20,434 nt of DNA from Deltaproteobacteria bacterium (GTDB lineage: Bacteria > BMS3Abin14): positions 1 to 20,434 of the forward strand of contig JAADHJ010000048.1 of assembly GCA_013151915.1 (NCBI GenBank). The letters run 5' to 3'. A program made the translations under genes and the position numbers. This document shows positions 8,121 through 16,889 of the stretch, in pieces; position 1 is the stretch's first letter; each line of letters starts with the position of its first letter. The notes below the pieces were generated by a model. It was not told the origin of the DNA. It saw nothing but the letters and a program-made list of their open reading frames with translations, and ran no database searches.

Positions 8121-9944
8121 TCAGTTTTCCCCGTTCACGTACGCCAAAACCAGTCCTGTCGCAACAGCATTGCGTGGACCCTCCACACCCCTGACATTGG
8201 CTCTGCCGGTCACCACTCCACTTTCCACAAGGACATCGGAGATCATTTTTGGGATCTCAAAATCAAGCGCCGATCCTCCAACAAGAGCGACAAAGCTGAT
8301 GAGCCGGATATTGCCGGCAGGAGCGATCCTCTCAAGGGCACGCAACGCATTTCGAACGAAAACCCTTTTTTTCGCATTCTGACGAACCTGAACGATCTTC
8401 GATAAAGGTTCGCTGATCTCCAGGGGAATGGGCCCTTCACCGCCAAGAACCACAACTCGTCCAAAGAGCCTGGGTTCGAGGGGTTCATGAAAAAACTGAA
8501 CCGAACCATCCTCATGACGCATATGAAAAAGGGTTTCCACCTTGGCCAGGGGATTAACCTTGATCCTTTCAGCCAGATCACGGTCGTCCAGCCCGAGTTC
8601 CGTATCGATGAGCAAGGTGACCATGTCTCCCGCACCGGCCAGATGGATGCTTTTGATCTCACCGGCCTCGCTGATCAGGGAAGCATCCGTCGATCCCCCT
8701 CCCAGGTCCAGAATGGCCATAGGAGGTTTGAGACCCGGCGTAGTGAGCGCGCCGCGTATAGCCATCTCAGCTTCTACACCCCCGATGTTGGTAGAAACCG
8801 AGATCTCCTCTTCCAGTTTCCTGGCAAGACGCTGCATGGGGAGTTTATGGGTTTTTACCATCGCTGCCAGTCCTACGGCATTACCCATGGAATACTCTCC
8901 CGCCAGGCTTCCTAAAACCCTTTGGGGTTTCAAGGTATCTACAGCGAGTATGTCCTGAACCTGGATGGCGCTCACAGGCTGATCCGTCAGGTCGGCCATG
9001 ACTGTCCGGACATGTTCGAACATTCCTCCCACATGGGTCCCAGCTTCGGCCTGAATTTCCAGCAGCGGAGAGACGAGAGCCACCTTTTTCATAATAGCTT
9101 CAGCCCCCTCCTCCACCTTCACCACTTCCTTCCGGTTTTCCCCCATCAATACGATGCTTCCAGCCGGGATTCGGCGTTCCTCGATGTCTCCCCTGGGTGT
9201 TTTAATCACCACGGCGCTTCGTGTGCCCATGAGAGCCCTGGCTATGGGGACCACCTGTCTGGTCTCATCGGGATCCAGATCAAAGAGCGTGGCAATATCG
9301 TAGGGGTTGGACAGCTTCTCGATCGTCCTGCCCTGCGAGGCGACCTCAACAGCCGCAGGCATGTCCAGGGGAACCCTGTCAACATGTCTTACCTCGTCCA
9401 CAATGGGGATAGACCTGTGCAGCCGGTTATTGATGAGCACCGCGTCGTCCTTCTGGACGATGGCACCAGCCACAATGAGGTCCCTCGAAATTGCCCTGGT
9501 CAACCGCTCGGCCGCTTCTTTGAAGCCGAATTCACCGGGAATGATCACGATCCAGGGTCCAGACACCTGGGTCGTTTCCAGTTGGTCGAGGGTGATGGTC
9601 GTCCCGATGCCAAGACCTAATCCTCCGGGGGTCCCGGGATTGTGACCGATCATGGCTGATTCGGTGATGACGGTTTCTGTGATCGTCTCCATGGCTACAT
9701 CACCGATGACAGGCGCAGCCTCGTTAAGAAGGATCAGGCTGAGGTCATTTCGCTCAAGTCCCGCCAACGCAAGGCTCTTATCCAGAGCATCGATGACCCC
9801 CAAAGCATTGCGTATGGTCCCCTTGATCCCTATGGTTCTTACCAGGGAACTGGAAAGTATGTCCGCTTTGCCCGCTGTGGCCACTCTCCCTATGGCAACC
9901 TCAGTCGAGTTGTTTCCAACGTCTACCCCGGCGATAAAAGTCAT
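8121..9944 (-). CDS. pduG: Diol/glycerol dehydratase reactivase large (alpha) subunit (PduG/DhaF/GdrA-like)
   Basis: 607 aa. An N-terminal ATPase motif (MTFIAGVDVGNNSTEVA) and a second actin-like motif (ILDLGGGSTDASLI) are typical of reactivase alpha subunits. Confidence 0.9.
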   Translation of the reverse strand: MTFIAGVDVGNNSTEVAIGRVATAGKADILSSSLVRTIGIKGTIRNALGVIDALDKSLALAGLERNDLSLILLNEAAPVIGDVAMETITETVITESAMIGHNPGTPGGLGLGIGTTITLDQLETTQVSGPWIVIIPGEFGFKEAAERLTRAISRDLIVAGAIVQKDDAVLINNRLHRSIPIVDEVRHVDRVPLDMPAAVEVASQGRTIEKLSNPYDIATLFDLDPDETRQVVPIARALMGTRSAVVIKTPRGDIEERRIPAGSIVLMGENRKEVVKVEEGAEAIMKKVALVSPLLEIQAEAGTHVGGMFEHVRTVMADLTDQPVSAIQVQDILAVDTLKPQRVLGSLAGEYSMGNAVGLAAMVKTHKLPMQRLARKLEEEISVSTNIGGVEAEMAIRGALTTPGLKPPMAILDLGGGSTDASLISEAGEIKSIHLAGAGDMVTLLIDTELGLDDRDLAERIKVNPLAKVETLFHMRHEDGSVQFFHEPLEPRLFGRVVVLGGEGPIPLEISEPLSKIVQVRQNAKKRVFVRNALRALERIAPAGNIRLISFVALVGGSALDFEIPKMISDVLVESGVVTGRANVRGVEGPRNAVATGLVLAYVNGEN

Positions 9945-9960
9945 ACACCGAAAACCCCGA

Positions 9961-10530
9961 CTATTTCTTTAAACGTCCGCGTCCCTCATACACCACCGCT
10001 GCTTCGTGGACCAGAGCGGCACAGACACGGGCGTCGTATTTGGATTCCAACTCTCCGGCGATGTCCAGGAGCTCCTGTTTGGTGGACCGGTAAGGTCTCA
10101 TAGCATTGTATATCTCCAGGACTCGTTCATCCGGGATTCTGGTCAGTTCCGCGGCTCTGCGCAGGTTTGCGGCCAGGCTTGGACGTCCCGCACTTTCAGC
10201 GATCTGGGCCTGATATTCCAGGGTTTCAGGGCGAATCTTAATGTCTTCGAAAGACAAGCTTCCTTCTACGACTTTGTCGAGAGTTATATCTTCGAGTTTC
10301 AGACCGCTGGCGGACTGGACCAAATCGGGCCGATTGTTGGCAAGAGGATAATCCCTTTTCGCGTCAAGCCCCTCTTTCGAGCCGGCGGGCTGCCGAGCGC
10401 CCCCGCCCGATTCGCCCTGTATCGCGGACATCACCTGCTTGACCACCTCCGCTACGCGATCGGGGGAAATATCAAGGCCTTTGGCCTTGATCATGTCTTC
10501 CACCTTTTTGGACATATAATCGTCAGCCAT
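9961..10530 (-). CDS. pduE: B12-dependent diol/glycerol dehydratase small (gamma) subunit with ~50-aa N-terminal extension
   Basis: The core (DYPLA...DITLDKV...LEYQAQIAE...RRAAELTRIPDERVLEIYNAMRPYRS) matches PduE/DhaB3. The N-terminal extension has an amphipathic helix (SPDRVAEVVKQVMSAI) followed by a Gly-rich linker. Confidence 0.9.
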   Translation of the reverse strand: MADDYMSKKVEDMIKAKGLDISPDRVAEVVKQVMSAIQGESGGGARQPAGSKEGLDAKRDYPLANNRPDLVQSASGLKLEDITLDKVVEGSLSFEDIKIRPETLEYQAQIAESAGRPSLAANLRRAAELTRIPDERVLEIYNAMRPYRSTKQELLDIAGELESKYDARVCAALVHEAAVVYEGRGRLKK

Positions 10531-10594
10531 GATTTCCTTTCCTTGTTACCGGGTTATCCTGCTATCCGCAGGAAAGTTTCAACCTGGCCTGGAA

Positions 10595-11233
10595 CTAGAT
10601 GGAAAGCTCAACCGTTTTCCTGTTCTGATCCACCGCCTGGACTTCTTTGTTGTGAAGCAGAGCCGCCAGCCCCTGGTAGCGGGGTCTGGCCATGGGATCG
10701 TTGCGAACAGGAACAGGATTGGGGCTCTCACCTTTTGCATACTTGGCCGCATTGCGTCCGATGGCTCTGAACGTCTCCAGTTCCACCAGAGGTGACTGGG
10801 AGAACAGCTCCAGGTTCTGCAGAGGAGCCAGGTCTTTCTGGTGGATCACTGTGGTTCCCCGGGAAAGAATGCCTATGCCGATTCCCGATCCACTGAGTTT
10901 AGCAGCCTCGTGACCAATGAATGCCACGTCAGCGGTCCTGTAAACCCTGACAAGTCTGGGATGAAGGCCTTCCTCTTCAATTCCGGCCATCAGTTCCCGC
11001 AGGACCTCCCTGTGGGGAAGCCCGATAATCGTCTTGGTCATTGTCCTGCCGAATGCCTGCGGGAGCCCGATAACGACCTCGCTACGATCAGTCCCCGGTT
11101 CAGCTTCTCCATCTTCGGTCATATCCATCGGTGGGACATCCACATCAGCGTTAAATCCGGAATCCTCTTCTCCCTGCATCTGCCCGAGGACCTCAAGGAT
11201 AATCTGTTTCACCATCTCTTCAGAAATTTTCAT
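10595..11233 (-). CDS. pduD: B12-dependent diol/glycerol dehydratase medium (beta) subunit with N-terminal encapsulation peptide
   Basis: The core (GIEEEGLHPRLVRV...LSGSGIGIGI.SRGTTVIHQKDL.PLQNLELFSQSPL) matches PduD/DhaB2. The N-terminus MKISEEMVKQIILEVLGQM resembles the PduD encapsulation peptide and is followed by an acidic linker. Confidence 0.9.
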   Translation of the reverse strand: MKISEEMVKQIILEVLGQMQGEEDSGFNADVDVPPMDMTEDGEAEPGTDRSEVVIGLPQAFGRTMTKTIIGLPHREVLRELMAGIEEEGLHPRLVRVYRTADVAFIGHEAAKLSGSGIGIGILSRGTTVIHQKDLAPLQNLELFSQSPLVELETFRAIGRNAAKYAKGESPNPVPVRNDPMARPRYQGLAALLHNKEVQAVDQNRKTVELSI

Positions 11234-11259
11234 TACATATATCCTCCACTCCGGCAGCG

Positions 11260-12927
11260 CTATACGTCCTCAGGACTGATTGCCTGGGGGATGTTCTTGA
11301 GTATCTCCCACCTTTCCCCATCCAGACGATACCCTGTCCCGGGCCCCTCGTAATCGTTGGGATCATTCACGGCACTCAGAACAACGAAATCATCATCGAA
11401 TATGGCGGAGGTATGGAGATAATCCCCGGAAACTTTCTGTTTGAGCATGTTCAGGACTCCTTCCGCCACGTCCTTGAAACCATGTTTTGCAAGAGCACGA
11501 ACCACATCCAGCCCGTTTCCTCCCCGTTTCATGAATTCGTCGATGCTGCGCAGATCCTCCGGTACGTTCCGATCGGGCACATCTTTGCTGCCATGGGCAT
11601 AAGTAACCGCTTCCACCTCTGCATCGGTAATCGGCGGCAATCGCAGTTCCTCAAAGATAGCCTGGAGCGCTCGGGCGGCTTTGTTCCGAATAGCGATAAT
11701 ATCCTCCTCATTCACCGGACGCAGGCCGCCATCGACCTGGAAATCCCTCTGAAGAACCAGATAATCATCGTAATCGTCACAATCGTGCGTGGATCCGGCG
11801 AACATGTTGTCGTAGTTGGGAACAGTGCTGTATCCCGAGAAGATAAAATCTGTGCCGGGCAGAAATTGCATGAGCATTCGTGCCGTATTGCGGATAGGAG
11901 AATGAGTGAAGGTCTGATCATTGCCGGACGCCACCTCCATGTCCATCAGGACGGTCGCGATGTTCTCAGCCAGAACCGCTCGAATCCCGGAAGGCACAGC
12001 CCCCGGAACTCCTATGCAGCTGATCGAACCGTTCTGAAGACCCTGTACACCTGCGCCCTTGGTGATCATGACACAGCGGATTTCGAGGTAGAGCATGGAT
12101 TTGCGTTCCGCATAACCCATCTGCACCTCTGAGCCCGTCCCGGAGGTGAACCTCATCTTCACTCCCCTAGAGGCGTAGGCCGATGCCAGAAAGGCCTTTG
12201 ACCAGGGGGTATCATCCCCATCAACGAAAACCTGCTCGGTGCCGTAAACGGAAACCGTTTCCGCGTATGCGGTCAGCCCCCGCATCCCCATGGTGAGTTC
12301 CAGCGCCTCTTCCACAGCGCACTGCGTCAGCACACCGGGACGACCCGTCTGGGAACCTACAAGTATGGAGAGCGCATTCATGGGAGCGTAGCGTCCCACA
12401 CCCACAGTGGTTTCCAGTTCCGTAAATCCGCGAAAAGCCCCTTCCGCCGCATCAGCTGCCAGAAGAGCGGGGGTATCTTTGAGGTTGGTGACATGGCCCT
12501 GGTTTGACGGTGTTCGCCTCGCCCGGAGCTTCTGCATGGTCATCATGAGCTCGACCACATTCATTACCTTGAGGATATCGAGGATCTTGGCCGGAGTCAT
12601 TCCGACAGCCAGGCGAACGATTTCGGATCTCGGTACATGGATGTCCACCAGCATACGGGCGAACTCCACCGAATCGATGGCCATGGCTTCAGCGGCCACT
12701 TCTGTGTCAATGCAGTGGTCGGCAATCCAGGTGTCGATCATATCGAATTCCCGGCGGGGTTTCCCGTCCAGTTCCACTACTTTTCCACTTTCAATCCTGA
12801 TCCCAGGTTCAGGGTCGTAGGGGCTATCCATAGCGACCAGACCTACTTCGACCCATTCTTTAATAAAGCCGTCCTTATTAACCGAACGATCGGCCAATAC
12901 CTGGAAGCGTTTCTGTCTTTTGCTCAT
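11260..12927 (-). CDS. pduC: B12-dependent diol/glycerol dehydratase large (alpha) subunit
   Basis: 555 aa. MSKRQKRFQVLADRSVNKDGFIKEW and many blocks (e.g. SGTGSEVQMGYAE..., TKGAGVQGLQNGSISCIG) are typical of PduC/DhaB1/GldA-alpha. Confidence 0.95.
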   Translation of the reverse strand: MSKRQKRFQVLADRSVNKDGFIKEWVEVGLVAMDSPYDPEPGIRIESGKVVELDGKPRREFDMIDTWIADHCIDTEVAAEAMAIDSVEFARMLVDIHVPRSEIVRLAVGMTPAKILDILKVMNVVELMMTMQKLRARRTPSNQGHVTNLKDTPALLAADAAEGAFRGFTELETTVGVGRYAPMNALSILVGSQTGRPGVLTQCAVEEALELTMGMRGLTAYAETVSVYGTEQVFVDGDDTPWSKAFLASAYASRGVKMRFTSGTGSEVQMGYAERKSMLYLEIRCVMITKGAGVQGLQNGSISCIGVPGAVPSGIRAVLAENIATVLMDMEVASGNDQTFTHSPIRNTARMLMQFLPGTDFIFSGYSTVPNYDNMFAGSTHDCDDYDDYLVLQRDFQVDGGLRPVNEEDIIAIRNKAARALQAIFEELRLPPITDAEVEAVTYAHGSKDVPDRNVPEDLRSIDEFMKRGGNGLDVVRALAKHGFKDVAEGVLNMLKQKVSGDYLHTSAIFDDDFVVLSAVNDPNDYEGPGTGYRLDGERWEILKNIPQAISPEDV

Positions 12928-12957
12928 TTGTCGCTCCCTTTTTTTTCCTGCTCTTTA

Positions 12958-13767
12958 TCAGATATAAGGCTCGGTCACAGGTTTGGGTACATCACCCCAT
13001 GCGCCCAACAACTTGATGCCAACCTCGCGGCCGGAAATCACAGCCTGGCGTACCGCACCGGAATCACCGCTGACCCAGATCATGACTTCGTTGGTCAAAC
13101 TGGTGCCTTTCGCCGGCGATGCATACCCTACGACCTCCACGTCCGCAGCCTTGACCGCGGTGTCGATCATAAGCACCCCAATAACCGCAGGGGCCCCGAG
13201 GATCAACCCGAACGCTTTTCCTTCGGGGGTATTGAACACCTTATGCAGTCCCCTGCTGGCCCTGGCCGTATACTGAAGCTCCAGATGCCCCTGATCGTTG
13301 GTATAAACGTCACCGAAATATTTGGGCAGCGTCTCAAGGGTGACCTCAACAGCGCGCCGGGCATCCGAAACGTCCTCGGCGGCAAACACGATCAGGTTTC
13401 CATGGCCCGCTCCACCTTTCGTATCCCTGGGCATTTCAATGGATACGATTTCAGTGTTGGTAGCCTTGACGGCATCGTCGGCAGCCATAATCTGCGGTCC
13501 GGCGCCGATACGACCACCGATAACCCCGATGGACCGATATTTATTATCGATTCCCATCAGATCCTGGATGATGGGATCCAGGTTTGCGATCACGATACCC
13601 TGGGTTTCCCCCAGGCCGACCCCGACGAACTCCGTCACCTGGACCAGGTCCTCCGAAGGCACCGGGTTGCTGGAACGCTGTTCCGGCGCGACTTTTTCAT
13701 CGGACTGGGCAGAGCCGACCCTGCTCATCACTTCCGCTAAAACTTTGTTAATTAATTCCTCTTGCAT
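12958..13767 (-). CDS. pduB: PduB-type BMC-T shell protein (tandem permuted BMC domains)
   Basis: Near-colinear match to PduB: RSIGVIGGRIGAGPQIMAADDAVKATNTEIVSIEMPRDTKGGAGHG...GDVY.N..GH.ELQYTARAS...VISGDSGAVRQAV. Confidence 0.9.
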   Translation of the reverse strand: MQEELINKVLAEVMSRVGSAQSDEKVAPEQRSSNPVPSEDLVQVTEFVGVGLGETQGIVIANLDPIIQDLMGIDNKYRSIGVIGGRIGAGPQIMAADDAVKATNTEIVSIEMPRDTKGGAGHGNLIVFAAEDVSDARRAVEVTLETLPKYFGDVYTNDQGHLELQYTARASRGLHKVFNTPEGKAFGLILGAPAVIGVLMIDTAVKAADVEVVGYASPAKGTSLTNEVMIWVSGDSGAVRQAVISGREVGIKLLGAWGDVPKPVTEPYI

Positions 13768-13820
13768 CGGTTATTTCCTCCTGGTTATATGCCGATGTCA
13801 TTCTCGATCCAGGACGATTT

Positions 13821-14108
13821 CTAACTGGACTCCACAGACTTGGGCAGGATCTTTTCCACATCCTGATGAGGCCTCGGAATGACGTGAACGGACACAACTT
13901 CACCGACCTTCTGGGCGGCGGCGGCACCCGCGTCGGTTGCGGCCTTGACGGCCCCGACGTCACCGCGGACCATGGTGGTCACAAGCCCGGCCCCGATCTT
14001 GACGTTGCCCACCAACACTACATTGGCTGCCTTGACCATGGCATCCGCGGCTTCAATGTTGGGGACCAGCCCCCTTGTTTCGATCATTCCCAACGCTTCC
14101 TTAATCAT
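13821..14108 (-). CDS. pduA: BMC-H shell protein (PduA/PduJ-like)
   Basis: [34 protein letters not shown]...GDVGAVKAA...HVIPRP. The likely start is M21 of the track ORF, preceded by a GGAGA ribosome-binding site. Confidence 0.9.
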   Translation of the reverse strand: MIKEALGMIETRGLVPNIEAADAMVKAANVVLVGNVKIGAGLVTTMVRGDVGAVKAATDAGAAAAQKVGEVVSVHVIPRPHQDVEKILPKSVESS

Positions 14109-14153
14109 GATACTTTCTCCTATCACCCTGCCGGGTACGGTAAACAACAGCTT

Positions 14154-14180
14154 CGGGGGGCGCTCCAACAGCAGCCCCCG
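14154..14180 (-). other. GC hairpin in gldA-to-shell-gene spacer (possible partial terminator/attenuator or processing site)
   Basis: CGGGGG...CCCCCG 6-bp GC stem with a ~15-nt loop. On the minus strand it is followed by AAGCUGUUGUUUA, which is only weakly U-rich. It lies in the 143-nt gap between gldA and the first shell gene. Confidence 0.3.
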
Positions 14181-14251
14181 TAGCTGTCACAAGGTTCTTT
14201 GAAAGGCTAAGCCGAACTCTCCTCATTTTGCTTCAGGATGCAATGTCACTC

Positions 14252-15358
14252 TCAATTCTGCCTTTTAAATTCTCGACCGAGAGCGTCTGCCGTCCAGATG
14301 GCCGATTCGACCATATCTGCCGTAACGGGGAACCAGGTGGCGTGTATTGTTTCCCCCTCCGCGGTCGTCGCCTCAGCCACTTTCCTGATATCTTCAGTTG
14401 TGGGGTTCACAAGCCCGATATCCTTGAGAGTAATGGGCAGGCCGACGCTTTCACAGAAATTGAGAACTTCGTAGATATCTTCCGAGGGTCTACCTTCGAG
14501 GACCAACTGGGTCAGGGTGCCAAAGGCCACTTTCTGACCGTGGTATTTATCGTGGGATTGCTCGAGCATGGTAAATCCGTTGTGGACGGAGTGAGACGCG
14601 GCGAGGCCTCCGCTCTCAAATCCCAGTCCGCTCAGAAGCGTATTGGCCTCGACAATGGCCTCGACAGCGGGCGTTACCGAATTTTTCTCCACCGCCAGTT
14701 TAGCCTGAAGGCCGGACTCCAGAAGGGTATCGTAGCAGAGTCTCGCCAAAGCCATGGCGGAAAGGGTGGGTGGTGTTCCGCCCGTCAGGACATTAGGCTT
14801 GCAGCTCTTTGCGCACGTGTCGGCCTCCCAGAAGGTGGCCAGAGCATCGCCCATACCCGAAACGAGAAACTCCACGGGGGCCTGGGCCACGACAGTGGTG
14901 TCAACGAGAACGCACTCAGGGTTTTTTGGGAGAACCAGGTAGCGTTCGAATACACCGTCGTCGGTGTAAATGACCGAAAGTGCTGAACAGGGAGCATCAG
15001 TAGCGGCGATGGTGGGCACAACAATGACGGGAACTTTCATCTCATGGGCCACGGCTTTCCCTGTGTCGATAACCTTGCCCCCTCCAGCGGCTATTACCAG
15101 GTCCGCTCCGTGGGCCTTTCCCACATCCACCAGCCGTTGAATCTCTTTGTCACAACACTCGCCGTTAAAACTCTCTGATCTACAGTCGATGTCTTTCTCC
15201 CTCAAGCTGGCCTCGATGGAACTGCCGCAGGATGAAAGAGCCGTCCGTCCTCCCGTCAAGAGAGCTTTAGTACCGAAATTACCGGCGTGAGTTCCGATTT
15301 CCTTAATAGTTCCGGCACCTTGAATGTACCTTGATGGCGCCAAAAGCAATCTTCCCAT
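14252..15358 (-). CDS. gldA: Glycerol dehydrogenase (GldA family, metal-dependent polyol dehydrogenase)
   Basis: Colinear with E. coli/B. stearothermophilus GldA: GGGKVIDTGKAVAH, VPTIAATDAPCSALSVIYTDDGVFERYL, TPAVEAIVEANTLLSGLGFESGGLAASH, HGQKVAFGTL, ATTAEGETIH. GGGAGGAGG ribosome-binding site upstream. It is the first gene of the minus-strand operon. Confidence 0.9.
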   Translation of the reverse strand: MGRLLLAPSRYIQGAGTIKEIGTHAGNFGTKALLTGGRTALSSCGSSIEASLREKDIDCRSESFNGECCDKEIQRLVDVGKAHGADLVIAAGGGKVIDTGKAVAHEMKVPVIVVPTIAATDAPCSALSVIYTDDGVFERYLVLPKNPECVLVDTTVVAQAPVEFLVSGMGDALATFWEADTCAKSCKPNVLTGGTPPTLSAMALARLCYDTLLESGLQAKLAVEKNSVTPAVEAIVEANTLLSGLGFESGGLAASHSVHNGFTMLEQSHDKYHGQKVAFGTLTQLVLEGRPSEDIYEVLNFCESVGLPITLKDIGLVNPTTEDIRKVAEATTAEGETIHATWFPVTADMVESAIWTADALGREFKRQN

Positions 15359-15658
15359 GTCTTACCTCCTCCCCTATCATTCTATCTCGGGGCTGAACCG
15401 CAAGTTTCGGGCTCGAAGTAAAACCCTTCAAGCCACTCCGGCAGCTTATGTCAAACTCATGTCATTTTTTTGACCACCTCCTCACACATTGGGATATATT
15501 CAGTGTCCACAACCCGGACCACAGACCCGGTCTGTTCTTGACAGGGTTCTGCTCCAAGTGATTTCCGCGAACCTGATTGTCTCAACTGGAAAAAATGAGT
15601 CTCACGGGAAAATTCCCGCCTCTTTTATATGAAAGAATAAAATGAGACCAGATGCAAT

Positions 15659-15680
15659 CCCCCGAAACGGGGGTTTTTTT
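15659..15680 (+). terminator. Plus-strand-oriented intrinsic terminator-like hairpin (CCCCCG-aaa-CGGGGG + T7) with no obvious plus-strand gene
   Basis: Read directly: a perfect 6-bp GC stem, 3-nt loop and 7 T residues. The orientation terminates plus-strand transcripts, yet both flanking genes are on the minus strand. Confidence 0.5.
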
Positions 15681-15787
15681 CACCTTATCGGGTGTATTTC
15701 GGGTGATATTGGAGGGGGGTGGAGTAAATCATCTCCCGTTACAGGATTTCTAAAGACACCGGCAGCCGTATGGCAGAGGAGGTGATG

Positions 15788-16186
15788 TTATTCACTATTC
15801 AGCATATAGAAAGAGGTGATGTTCGAACCCTCATGGAGAGCCCTGACAATTTGGGCCAGTTCCTTGGATTCAATGCTTTTCAGGACGTAAGCGTCTGCAC
15901 CGGCAACAACCGCCTCGTTTATGCTGTTTTCATCGTCATAAGACGACAGAACAACCACTTTAGTCTGAGGAAAGTTCTTCTTAAGCGTCCTGATAGTTCT
16001 GAAGCATGAAAAACTGTTTCCGTTCAGGTCGATCAAGCAGACGTCCGGCGGGTCGAGTCTCATCCGGTCGATGGATTGCATGCCGTCCCAGGAAGCATCC
16101 ACTGAAATGATATCTTCTTCACAATCAAGGCTGTATTTCAGTGCTGTTCTGTAAAGCGGATCTTGGTCAGCAAAAAATATTTTCAT
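15788..16186 (-). CDS. Stand-alone response-regulator receiver domain (CheY-like)
   Basis: MKIFFADQDPLYRTAL...CLIDLNG...VVVLSSY...YVLKS carries the receiver signature residues (acidic pair, Asp, Ser/Thr, Lys). GGAGGTGG ribosome-binding site before the ATG at 16186. There is no output domain. Confidence 0.8.
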   Translation of the reverse strand: MKIFFADQDPLYRTALKYSLDCEEDIISVDASWDGMQSIDRMRLDPPDVCLIDLNGNSFSCFRTIRTLKKNFPQTKVVVLSSYDDENSINEAVVAGADAYVLKSIESKELAQIVRALHEGSNITSFYMLNSE

Positions 16187-16229
16187 TACCACCTCCATTA
16201 TGTTTGGCAATAGAGGGTCGTCCTGAGGC

Positions 16230-16889
16230 TCACGCCCTGGTTTTCATCTCAATGGCGACCCTCATCGCTTCGACCCGGTTCTTGGCATGGATCTTCCGGT
16301 AAATGTTTTTTACATGGGTTTTAACCGTATCTTCACTGATGTGCAGGTTGCGCGCAATGTCCTTGTTGCACTTACCTTCCGCAATAAGGTTGAAAACTTC
16401 ATTCTCCCTTCTGGTTAACTGATCAAGGGGCCTTTGGAAAGATTCTTCCTCCCCATCACACTGGAGGGTCAGATTGGCCAGATATGGAGAGATCTTCTGC
16501 TCACCACGGTAAAAAGCTCTAACGATATCCCTGAGATCGTTGAGGCCGATGCTTTTGAGGAGATAGCCATCCGCCCCGGCTCTCATGGCGTCCTTGACGT
16601 ATTTTTCGTCCTTGAACGTGGAAAGTGCGATGATCCTCATTTCAGAAGATGTCTTCCTTATGATCTTGATTACCTCGATGCCCGAAAGACCCGGCATATC
16701 GATGTCGATAAGGCAAACGTCGGGGCAAAGGGCCTTAACCTTGTCCACAGCTGTAAACCCGTCCGTGGCCTCCCCAACGTACTCGAATCCGTTTTCCGCG
16801 GTGAACGAAAGTCTTAAACCGGCTCGCAGCAGTGGGTGGTCATCGGCCACAAACACCTTGATCAGTTCCTGGACTTCGTTACAGATCAT
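16230..16889 (-). CDS. NarL/FixJ-family response regulator (receiver + LuxR-type helix-turn-helix)
   Basis: Receiver domain (VFVADDHPLLRAGL...CLIDIDMPGLSGIE...IIALSTF...YLLKS) followed by a LuxR-type helix-turn-helix (LTRRENEVFNLIAEGKCNKDIARNLHISEDTVKTHVKNIYRKI). Confidence 0.9.
   Translation of the reverse strand: MICNEVQELIKVFVADDHPLLRAGLRLSFTAENGFEYVGEATDGFTAVDKVKALCPDVCLIDIDMPGLSGIEVIKIIRKTSSEMRIIALSTFKDEKYVKDAMRAGADGYLLKSIGLNDLRDIVRAFYRGEQKISPYLANLTLQCDGEEESFQRPLDQLTRRENEVFNLIAEGKCNKDIARNLHISEDTVKTHVKNIYRKIHAKNRVEAMRVAIEMKTRA

Noticed and set aside
12637-13740. 367-aa plus-strand ORF (also 10006-10770, 8922-9620, 4759-5520, 14228-14986, 17016-17615, 18324-18911)
   Set aside because: All lie antisense to well-supported minus-strand genes (pduB/pduC, pduE, pduG, the flavoprotein, gldA and the kinase). 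They show no domain signatures and are Arg/Gly/His/Pro-rich, as expected from reverse frames of GC-rich coding DNA.
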